Below are positions 1-11,141 of a DNA stretch of 64,000 nucleotides, piece by piece. A program made the translations under genes and the position numbers. Positions within the stretch are counted from its first letter, which is position 1. The number at the start of each line of letters is the position of its first letter. The stretch comes from Phoronis australis. Taxonomy: Eukaryota; Animalia; Phoronida. The notes beneath the pieces are model-generated. The model was not told the DNA's origin. It made no database searches and saw nothing but the letters and a program-made list of their open reading frames with translations. The DNA is taken from positions 98,715 through 162,714 of the forward strand of contig NMRA01000259.1 of the NCBI GenBank assembly GCA_002633005.1, written 5' to 3'.

Positions 1-200
1 ACTGATGGCATAATGAAAAAGTGGCAGGTCCGTTTTAACTAATGCGATAATGAAAAATGTACAGTTCCCTATCGAGTGATGGCCCAATGAAGAAATGGAC
101 ATGTTCGTGTCGACTGATGGCGTAATGAAAAAATTGGCAGGTCCGATTTAACTAATGGCCTACTGAAAAAATGGACAGGTCCGTTTTGACTAACGGCCAT
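1..200. repeat. ~38-bp degenerate minisatellite (about 5 units, runs off the window start)
   Basis: Recurring unit ACTRATGGC..AATGAAAAA.TGG.CAGGTCCG.TTT at roughly 38-bp spacing. Confidence 0.8.
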
Positions 201-336
201 CATAACCTGAGGTGGCACTGATTAGTTAGGCTGCTGCCGTAGCCAATTTTGGGGTAGGCCAAGTTTGGGGGCATTTTGTAGGTGAGCATTGCATGTAAGC
301 TCAGTGAATGTGGTTCGTTTGCATTTGTGAACATGC

Positions 337-570
337 TGAGAATAAAAAGGCCACTTTTTCGGCTGTAGCTGCACTCTTCTTCAAGATGGCGGCCCCCGGT
401 TTCAGTTGTGCATTGCTGGGTAGCGACTGAGAAAGTGGCTGCGATTTCAGGTAGCCCTCAAACAAGCCAGATTTGCAAAAAACTAGTTGGTTGAAAGTAC
501 TTTTGGACCACAGCATCGGCAGAGAAGTGGTGATTTTAGGGTGAAAAATGCCAATTTTGCATTTTTTTTC
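337..570. repeat. Interspersed repeat segment upstream of the transposase; inverted homolog at ~60140-60408
   Basis: Shared blocks TTCTTCAARATGGCGGC, ATTTCAGGTARCCCTCAAACAA, TTTTGGACCACA and TGCCAATTTTG with the reverse complement of 60140-60408. Confidence 0.75.
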
Positions 571-763
571 ATCGTTTCTGAGGCAACCGAGGAAGTTTTC
601 ATTTAAAAGCGTTTTACTAAAATCAAGGGATAAGGTTTGAGATGACCTTAAAGAGAATTGAGGTTAAGATGTCTCTTCATATCCTTACAGTCTTGCCGAG
701 AGTAGTTAATGTCTTTGATGTTCGTGTTTGATTTAACTCATGGAAGTCAATTTTCATTTGCAG

Positions 764-3700
764 CTCGGGTGAAGAACTTGCCTGAATTGGGTTTACTGCA
801 CTCTGTATATTGCTGCATTTATTTGTGTATGGGTGCTCTTGGCCTGGAAGAGATGCAAAAGGCCAGTGCCATTTTCAGTCCTTCAGAAAAGTGGATCAGC
901 GAACCTGGGTACTAGAATACGTTGATTCTCACTCCAAAGATCAGCAATCAGAGTTAGAAATATGCTACATCATTGGCACGACAACCGTTTGCATGGTGGC
1001 TTGGAGGCTCATTCTTGGATTGTCGGAATCTACTTTGAAACGCATTCTGTTTAAGTTCAAAGGTGAGTTCAAACATGTTTTTACGTCTTTTCATTTCTGT
1101 TAGTATGAATATGGTAAATGTAGTTACTGTTTTGGAGACATATGTTCAATGCAGAAAATAGAACAGTTCTTTGATGTCCCTTTGGGTATACTCTATTTTT
1201 CATTCATTTTGGTTTCAGAAAAAATCCAGATAAATATTGCTGTAATGTGAGGTTGACAATAATCATTACATTTCATATCCAGTGAATCCATGGCATGCCA
1301 GGGCATCTTTCACCCATGGGTTGCTTTTCTGTAATATTAGTAATAAGCCAAAAGCTGTGCAATGAATTTTTTAAGGTAGGCACCTGTAACATAGTGTTTG
1401 TAACTGTAGGGCGATTTCTGTTAAGGCTTCTTACATTGTCTTGATTCGTCTCAGCATTGCTGTTGTACTACTTATCATTTAGGAAAACCAATTACGAAAT
1501 AAAATATCACTTAATCTCCATATTGAGTGCCACCTTGGTGATATTAATGACATATTGCTTTGCTTATAACCAGTGCTAATTATTTGTTGGCTTGAATTTA
1601 TTTTAGGTGGGCAGCGAACAAAGGATTTTGTTGGTTCTTGGCGAAAGGAGAGGTTGTCGGTTGCTACTGAATCGAGAAAAGCCTGGTTAGACCAGTACAT
1701 TAAGCTGCATAGTGACCGACAACCAACAGATAACAAAGTTCATCTGCCATCTTCTTTAACCAAGTTCAGCCTATATCATGACATGGTCACTGAACTGGAA
1801 CATGGTGGCGATGACTTTGTCTCTTTGTCTCACTTTTATAAACTGTGACACAAATACTTCCCGCATGTAACTATTCCAAGTGTAAGTAATAAAAGTTAGA
1901 CTAAGGTTTACAAATTGCACGCTAAAAATGGTACCGTGTAATTCAGTTCATTATAATAAATGCATTAAACATTTTTTTCACTTTTATCTTTTAGTCAAAT
2001 TACATGTACTTTTTAAAACAACTACATCTGTTTTCAAAATAAGGTTGTTAAGGGAATTATTTTGTATCTTGTATTTTAGCCTACAGTATTGTGAATCTAC
2101 AAAATATCTGAGGGACACCAAATTAGTTAAAGCTGCAAAGGCACCTCTGGCACAAATATGACCTTTACATGGGTTACTGAAAAACCACTTAATTATAAGA
2201 ATTAATTTATATTTTCCTGTGTGCAGAATTACTGAAGGCTACTGAAAGAAACAATTTTCTTTATTGAAATCATCTCAAAACTTTATGGTTTGGCATCATT
2301 GCAAAAAGTTACTCTGTTAACCTTTCATGTTAATATTTTATGTGCGAAGACTGTAAACATGATTAACACTGCATTATACATATGGCATAACAAACCTCAT
2401 TCATCTATTGAACGATGAATTAACAAAAGGAGGGGACTGCGCTTTTTTCTTCAAAATTTACAATGTGCATTGCAGGAAAACCGTTTTGCAAAATGCGATG
2501 TTTGCACAAAATTTCGACAAGATTGGGGCAAACAACAAACAAAAAAGAACGACAAGTATTGGAAAAGCACAGAGATACTCATTTGGAAAAACAAGGGTAG
2601 GTGTTGTGTGACCTTGGCAAAGGGTATTTTCAAAGATATAGTTATCGACTTAAACAGATGCCTGGCTGCTAATCCCAAACTTGAATTTTCTGCCAGGCAA
2701 TTTATCATTCGAAATTTGGTTGCATTTGAATTACCAGACAAACTAGGCTGTGTCAACCAGGAAAAGTATATTTTGAAAGAAGAACGACTAGGTATAATAA
2801 AAATATTTTATTCTTAAGTGTCATTCTTATTACAATACATGCCCACAGTTTTTATTCAAATTTTAGTTTTTATCAGGGTTGCATACATGTCTCAAAGCCC
2901 CTTTAATCGATTTAAATGAAACCTTTTAAATGAATACTTTCCAATATCTCTCGAAAGTACTGTTAGAAATTTTTTATTATTCAGTTAGGTTTTTACAGCA
3001 GTGTGAATGATAAAAGCAGGATTCAACTAAAACACATACTCTCTTTGTCTTAGATTAGATATAATGGTTTTTGGTGGGTGCTCTGTCCCTACAGTTGCCT
3101 AAAGTGTAGGTCATGCGAGCCCGTTAAGCAGACTTTGAAAGAACTTTTCAAGTTTTGTTCCTAATTTTTTGAAGTTTAAGGGTATTGCGTTGTTTCAGAG
3201 AACTGAATTGGAAACTTGTTTTTAATAATTCTGTGAAATATATTCACAATTGGCCTTTTTTACAATATTTCATGTGTCTGCAAAAATACTTATCTTGATT
3301 TTGTGGGAACTAAACGTACAAAATATATACTGTGGATATTTGTTTACTACTTATTCAAGGTCAAAGGTTATGGGGCGGTCACTGAAATGGAATCTCTCGC
3401 CAGGTAAAGAGCAGCAGCAGCTTTATATGTACCCTCCATCTTTCCGTTCACAGAATCACTCAAATAGACTCAATGAGGTGTACTTATGATGCAAAGGTGC
3501 CAGGGAAACAAAGACAAAATATTGTTTTGATCCTAAGGGAGTTGTGCGTCTACAAGCATATGACCTTTGAGAACGAACGCTACGATTCACCTCACGCCTC
3601 TGTGGTCATGTACAAAGCAAGTTGTGAAAAGAAATAAATCCTCACTTAAATTCCTTAATTCACTAAGCAAATTAAAATTTTGCTGATTTAATCTCTTGCT

Positions 3701-5592
3701 AATGACATCTTTTAACCACCGACTCAATTTTTGTTCTTCATTTCTTATTTGGTTTCGTATCAGTCTCTCGGAACGTGGCATGTACAGACTATGCGTTTAA
3801 CAATGAACTGTGACCTACCTCATGGCTGGGAATGATATGTTTTAAGGATAATTAAGATAATTATGCAATGCAAATTCAGTTGTCATTGTGGGTGAATGTT
3901 GAAATAGCTAACATGGTTTAGTCATTTATAATTAATATTGAACAAAAACAAGTTTTCACCAAAGACTGAAATTTTCACTTGTCCCAGTTTAATGGGCTTA
4001 TTATCGGTTTCAGCAAATCGACTTTATTAGAAGTTAGGAACACGTGTTCTCGAAATCGGCTTGGTTGATTACACCGAAATTTCCAAACTTGATATACAGT
4101 CATCAATCTCAAAACCTCTGTTACGGTTTTCGATATAAAGGTCTAGTTTTTGCGTAATGTAACAAAGACAAATACAACTTCTATTTCTTACAAAAATACC
4201 TTGATTTGTCATAGAAAGCAAAGGAGAAGACTAATCAAAAATCCTTAACAATGTTGTTGAGGTAAATGGTGAAGTTTTCGTTTAAAAAACGTTTCATTAA
4301 AATCAACTGAGGGGTTATTTTGCTACGAATGTACCTTTCTTAAACATAGAGTTTTGACTTTAAAAGGTGTTAACGTAATAATGGTACATAAATACAAAAC
4401 GTAATTTATATTCTCTGGTCTTTTTCTTTCAGATAGTATATACTTTTTTCTAGTTGAAGGTTTGATATAACCTTAATAGGCCAAAACAGGGTTTGGAATC
4501 CTTTTAAAATTGGAAAGTTTCAGTAACATTCACCGAGCCATTTTCTAGCACTCAATCTCCTACGTTCAGATAAAGTTGATTTGTTGAAGCCGAGAAAAAG
4601 TAGGAAGCGTCACAAGTCTTCAAAATCTGACGCTTTTCTCTTTATCATTCAGTGAAAACTTGTTTTTTTGTCAATATAACCTATACATGCCTTAACCACG
4701 TTCGTTATCTCAACATTCACTGGCAGTGTCAGCTGAATATTTGACCTAATTATTGCTAAAACATACTCAACTTTACAAAAAATTAATATTTACTAGTGAG
4801 GTCTTACATGTCCTTAAATTTTCTGTGGCACTTTTCTATGCTCTATGCCTGGTGGGAAATTCGATTTGAGTGAGTTCAATAACCTTTGAACTTTGTCACA
4901 TTTGTCACAATCAGTCTGGTTAAACATGTTTGATTTTAATTTTAAGAAAGAGCGGGAAAAGTACTATTAGCACAGAAGAAAGGGAAAGGATCAACAAAAA
5001 ATAAATTACGTATCTATTATCTTGGATGGAATGGACCAGCAAAAAACGTCCATTCCACACTACAATTATTTACTCAAATCTCTTCAAAACATGCAGAAGC
5101 TTCGGACCCATCTGACGGGAGCAATGGTACATGGTCATACCACCTTTGGGTATTTTGATCTGGGCTTGTGGGGACACGGCCCAGACATAACTGCCAATGT
5201 TCTTTTGGCCACGCTGGCAAGCAAGATGTTCTCTACTTGCAAATGGACAACTGTTGGCGCGAAAATAAAAATATGATTGTATTTGGACTTTGTGCGCTGG
5301 TGGTGGAGCTGAAGGTGTTTCGGAAAATCAAAGTTGGCTTTCTGATGGTTGGTCGCACGCATGAAGATGTTGACCAAGTGTTCTCTAGGTTTTTTGAGTA
5401 CCTAAAACGACACTCGGCTAATTCCCTCCCCAAGCTTATGCAGTCGTTTCGAAACTCTATTCAGCCACCTCCCATTTCGAGACTCACAAGAAGCTATGTG
5501 GCATGAGTCAGTGGTTGAAACCTCACTTGAATGTACTGCGGCACCACTCTGTTCCACACCAGTTCAAGTTTGAAAGGGATGACAGTCAGTGA
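764..5592 (+). pseudogene. Intron-containing Sola1-like (DUF7869-type) DDE transposase pseudogene
   Basis: AG/GT-bounded exons 764-1062, 1607-1881, 2476-2596 and 4947-~5592. Motifs: CCxxxC, YIIGTTTVCMVAWRLILGLS, HLPSSLTK, FAKCDVC, SIILDGMDQ, LYLQMDNCWRENKN, FLMVGRTHEDVDQVFS. Premature stops (1846, ~4969) and frameshifts in exons 1, 3 and 4. Family assignment is from remembered motifs, not a search. Confidence 0.85.
3836..4765. mobile_element. Old non-autonomous TIR element in transposase intron 3, containing a dispersed repeat also found inverted at ~41633-42120
   Basis: 3836-3960 is an imperfect reverse complement of 4645-4765 (GTGAATGTTGARATA, AAAAAACAAGTTTTCAC). The interior 4000-4480 matches the reverse complement of 41633-42120. 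Confidence 0.7.
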
Positions 5593-6592
5593 GGTGTGGT
5601 ATACTATTTTTTTCTGTCAAAATTTTCAGAAGGACATGGTAGTATTTGTTATTTTGTATACAGAGTACGCTTAGAGTAATCTTAAAGGGAAATCATTATT
5701 TTGTGAACAATAAATGATATGGACTTTATTTTAATTTCGCATGGTAAACTAAGTGTTTTTTGTAACTTTTTTGTATTGGTCTCCACAGGTTACCATGTTC
5801 AAACCAAATTTAAAAAGTTTCAAAGTAAAAATAGTCACCAGTCTCAGTATTGAAGTCAGCTGGAGTCCATTCTGCGAAGAAACTCCTACTATGAAATGGT
5901 GTATTTTAAGTGTTTCAGTCTTATAAACTATGGTTTTCAGAGGCTCTTTGAAATTTGTTTCATATGACAATTCTTTAACGTCTGTTTTTAATGAAACAAA
6001 AGGATACAACAACAAAAGTCCTGTTAGGGCCGGTTTTCTCAATATCATCGCCATTTTCACGATTGTACAAATCGTACATTTTCCGACCACTCTCCTAAGT
6101 ACGCATTCCTAACTATTGGTGTTTTTATTAGCCAGAAAGGTGAGCTATCTTCAATCACTAACAAAAACAATTAGGGGACAGTCCATATAAAAACCAGTAG
6201 ATTTTGAAAAATCAGTCTACACGTCAAAATTCAAAGAAACTTCATATTTTGTACATGGATAATTATCCTAACAAAAACTTAAATGCTAAATTTTGTGCAC
6301 TCAATGACCCCTAATTGCGCCGCTGGAGCATGAAACCACAAATTGGCACAATTGGAAATATCCCCAGTTTCCAAAATTGTATGTTTTCAGTAACGAAAAT
6401 AAGTAACTTACAAATTAGAGTAAAGGCTGTACTTTGGTGGCTGCAATAAATAACCTCTATTGTGCATAATTCTGTCATTTATTGAAGTCTGACAGCTTTG
6501 TCCTAGAAAGGTAGATAATTGACAGACCATTTTTGTGGCGAATTTTGGTGGTCGTTTTTGTGACCTTCTGACCGCCATATTCGTCTCTGAGT

Positions 6593-7896
6593 ACCAGGGT
6601 CACGGCCCCCACGCGGGTTGTGGCGGTAACATCAAGTTCCTTACAAAATATCTTTTTGATTATTCCGGCTGATCTGCTCTCTCAGATTGTCCGAAACCTG
6701 TTTTGCCAGGTAGCTATAGCGCAGTTGGCTGTTTAATGTAGCCTGTTGGTACTTTATATGATATCTGTACATTTAGGAGTTTGTACCGATTTGACACTTA
6801 TTATTGAATTTGCCGTTTTGCTCGACCTACTTGGTAGGCAGTCGACCAATACCCATCTGGTATTATGTACACAATTGGTACGACCTGCGCTACTCAGTGT
6901 CCGGCTCTCAATTACACATCGGTTTTTTTAATGCGCTTGTTTTCTCTTATAATTAGGGAACCCATCTCGTAAATTTTGTAAAATAATTAATTGTAAGTCG
7001 TGACCCTGAATTTCGTAATACAATAATTATTCTTGTGTCGTTTTATTTGTCCCCAAAATGAGATTGATGGGACGCTGATATAAATCCTGTTATTTAGGCA
7101 AATGCCCTTCAGCCTTCATGTACAACTAAGATATAGTTCCGATTGTTCTTTCTTTCCAGCCTCCGCTTGACCAAGCTTCATGGAACAGTAGAATCACTCG
7201 TAAGTTTTTCCCAATTAAACAGTTTCTTACCTATCCCACCCTCTCCAATCTGTGTTGAACAAATCTGGTGCTGGTTATTGTTGTAATTTTAGCCACTGCT
7301 GGTACCTCCTTCAAGCCCGCAGTGTGCTGTCGTTAATTAAGAAAAGACTCCATTGGCTATCGACCAGATCTACACTCGAGCGTCCATCACCGCAGATTGC
7401 ATCTATAGATCCCGGTCACAGCTCTCAGAACACTGTTCACAAACTGCGTCACAATGCAATGTTCATTACAAGATCACTTTTTATTATTCTATGGTCTGCT
7501 CATTTAGCTTGTCTGAAATCTGCTTTGCCAGGTCGTTATAGCCCAGTTGGATGTTTGGTGTATCCACTTGGTACTTTATATGATATTTTCCCATTCGTCA
7601 GTTTGTATCCGTTTGGTATTTATTATTGAGCATTCCGTTTTCCTCGACCCACTTAGTAGGCAGTCGGCCAATACCCATTTTAGTATTATATATGCATTTG
7701 GTACTACAGAAACTTGTGCCATTTTGTATGCGATACTCAGTTAAATATTGGGTATTTTAAATGCTTATGTTATCGCTTGTAATTAAGACACACATCTGGT
7801 ATCTTCTGTAAAATGATTAAATGTAGAGCCGTGACTGAACTTACCAATACAATTTAAGATTTTTATTACACTTGTGCTGATATACTTGTCCCCAAT
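6593..7896 (+). repeat. Two diverged direct copies (~6593-7056, ~7411-7896) of a ~470-bp unit ending TTGTCCCCAA
   Basis: Shared TTTGCCAGGT, CAGTTGG, TTGGTACTTTATATGATAT, CTCGACC..CTT.GTAGGCAGTCG.CCAATACCCAT and CATCT.GT. Further copies at ~60515-60840 (direct) and ~28694-29180 (inverted). Confidence 0.85.
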
Positions 7897-8801
7897 AATC
7901 AAAACTCACTCGAGAAAAACTCTCCTAACGGTCTCTCAGAAATCATACACAAGATGTTGGGGGTAATTTCTATACCTGATTTAAAAGTACGTGATGTGAC
8001 CGTAATTACAAGACTAATCGATTCCCAGCAGATATGAAATTGGAAATAAAAAATAAAAACAGCTCCAAAACTCTCTTTACCATGGCAATCACCCTACAAC
8101 ATGACAAGAGGAAGCTTTCCATATATTTTAGTACCTTTATCGCTTACAGTGTATTTTTGCTGTTCATTTGCCCTTTCGCCTTGTTTTTGAAACAGATGTT
8201 TCGATGTCAGCGTCACCACCAGTCTTGTCTCTAAGTAAATAAACAATGCATGAGTACATTTTATGACGCCCTGAATGAATATCCGAATTGAGTCAACATC
8301 TTTGAGAAAGATTCTAGATTTGAAAAAACGTCTGATATACTTCTTAATTATGGGAAGCTGATGATTTAGATCTTCCCAATTTCAGCTTCCATTTAAGTTC
8401 ATTGAATTAAGCGTCATGCATTCTTACAAAACACTTAAAAGGTGAGCTTCTAACTGTCAAAACTAATCTACAAGTCAGTCGATAGTCGTAGAATAAACGC
8501 ACATACAATCAAGCAACCAACAAATTCGTTGTTTATCAAAACAGAATATTAAACCGATATTCGAAGGTGTGCTCGCAGATTTTTTGACGGGCAACAGGGG
8601 AAACATGGAGGACACGGCATCCCACGACGTTTGGGATTTCGCCCAGAAATTTTCGGAATTTATTCGTATTTTGGTTCATCCTACAGTTGGCTGTTACGAT
8701 TGATGAGTTAAAATCGAGCTAAAAAATCTCCGAAATCTTTTTATTACCAACAGAACATTTACTGTACAGTACTTTAAGTACCTTAATGCGTTAGACATGT
8801 T

Positions 8802-9541
8802 CACTGTCACGAGTAAGAAACAACATGACCGCTGGACCCAAATCATCACCGCAAGTCTTCCAAATAGGCTAACTCACCACAAAATAGGACCTATGGGGAT
8901 CATATGAGACTGTCGCACCAGAAAATGGAACTGACGCACCTAAAAACAAGACCGCCGAACAAAATGTAGTTATCAATGATACTGCGGGGTTTGATGTAAC
9001 CCGCCAGCTAGCTGTATGAAGTCTATCCCCAAAATACAGCCTGGCAGCTCGTGCGTTAAGCCCCGTCAGACCCCGAAATTTAATACAGCCCGGATGGTTC
9101 TGCTCGCCACCTGCAGAACTAACGACCGGAAGAGGTTCATTTAAAATCTGGGAATCAACCGACACTCACCTTGCCCGTTGCAGCCGTTTGAGTGAAAAAC
9201 AATTTAATGAACGTCATTTTCTTGCATAATTCTTTGCCTTTTGTAACAAAAAATCTGTCGTGCTCGATTCATAAGGTGCATAAGACCTGCGCGAAGGCCT
9301 ACACTGTCCAATGACGGGTCATAAAACTTAGCCTGCGTGTCATTGCAGTCAAAAAATAATCCACGGGTATCATGTTCAGTCTCCGGCGGTCCTGTTTTTT
9401 GGTGGAGCGGTCATGTTTTTAGGTGAGTCGGTCCCATTTTCTGCTGCAGCGGTCCCATTTGAACCCCGTAGGTCCTCATTTGTGGTGATTCGGTCCGTTT
9501 TGGAGGACCGGCGGTCATGTTATTTCTCACCCATTACTGTG
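8802..9541. mobile_element. Foldback/MITE-like element with long, internally repetitive TIRs (mirror copy ~26320-27055)
   Basis: Start CACTGTCACGAGTAAGAAACAACATGACCGC matches the reverse complement of the end, CACAGTAATGGGTGAGAAATAACATGACCGC. The arms consist of short AAAA..GGACCG-like subrepeats. Confidence 0.75.
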
Positions 9542-11141
9542 CACGGTCATCATTATTGGACCTCCCACAATCTGATTCACATGCAAAATTGAAGGTTAAT
9601 TCTATCATTGAGCGACCTTCCAAGAAGTGACATTCTGTAACAAGAAGCTGTGTGATTTAAAAAAACGTAGTACAGAAGTAATCAATTCCATCAGTGTGAC
9701 TTATCTCCGTGAGCAGTAAGTTTTTTCAATAAAAACACAAAATTAGTGACTGCGTGGATGGCCACGACGGATCTCTCAATACGAAAAGGTTTATTACTTC
9801 AATAAACAGAAAATTAACAGCTATTGGGGCTATCTGTTTGGTTATCAATTTTTAACTAATGACTTTAATTTTTTTTGACAAAAAAGGAAGAAATACACTG
9901 ACGTAACGGGGGAATTGAAAAATATAGTTTTGCATCGAATTTAACTGAAAAAACAATGAATTAACGTTATGTGTAAAAGCTGCGCCTTAAACACTTTATC
10001 GAATTTTTGAAATACTTGCAGGAATGACTAAGTGCAAATTTAAAGTGCTGCAAACAATTGTACACTCTAACAATGATGTCATTGCTAGTGCTCTTAAAGG
10101 GTAAATCAAGCAATGGTAGTTGACAAACGTTTCATGAATTTTCTCTTCCGTTTGTTTCCCTGTCTTGCTTTTCTCCGCTATCCTTGGTAGTCCACGCCTA
10201 TACACGTTAACACGAACTAATTATGACGCCTGAAAACTTTAGGGAAGCATATGGCCCGCCCCCGCTTCTGATGTCTCTTTGTAAATATTTACTCTGACGT
10301 GGAACATTCCCTGTTTGACATCAAATTCATCACAACCTTTCCGCCAACGCCAACGCACCTATCCCGTGTTCCAGGCACAGGTCACGTGTTGCTTTCAGGT
10401 ATCACATGGAGTTGTTCGTCAATTGTTAGTGAAACAACTTTGAATGGAGTTGACTGCCACAACACCATACCACTCTAGTCCACTCGTCAGTGAATTGTTG
10501 CACGAATGAAATCAATTGGCTGATACCAACAACTAATAAAAATCCTCCACGGGTTGTCGTCATGCTTTCTTTGAAGGGTACCTCCTTTGAATGTCACAGT
10601 CGTCACCGCCAACAGAGATGTGGTATTGTTATTCGCTGTGGGTGGTTTTCCTCCCGTGAACAAAATCGTGACGTTAGTCGGTTACATTCGAGGCATACAT
10701 TCGACTGAACGCTCTTTGCGATTAGACACACTTTTGCCTGTCATCATCAAGGAAAGCTGCTGCCACATGAGATGCGCAGCTTAGATTCATTGTACGAAGT
10801 AAGGGCATGCAGTTGACAAATAGTCACATGATTGTATAAATGTTCTTTTTGTTTATTTTAGTTTAACGGATGGCGTGCAAAGGTGTGCATCACTCAGCCA
10901 CACACATGGGAGCACGGCAGTCACGATTATGACACCATGATGCGCTGGAAATGCGCTTGCCACTATCGAAGATTTGATTGCTGACTGTTTGAATATAACT
11001 CTGCACAATCTAACCTTAACTATAACACTAACGCACTAACGAAAGCACCTTAACCCCAGCCAGTAATCAAATCTTTTGAGGGTGGTTCCTTTCTTCCTCA
11101 CGAACTTTACCCGAGGGATGGCATTGTGACGACCGATCCAG

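Noticed and set aside
10270-10760. Coding-looking, mostly open frames on both strands (mirror at 25081-25590)
   Set aside because: The frames contain stops and frameshifts that differ between arms, and I recognise no protein motif.
10865-10975. Minus-strand WCHNRDCRAPMCVAE resembling a piggyBac C-terminal cysteine-rich domain
   Set aside because: Short, interrupted by a stop, and no adjacent piggyBac core is visible.
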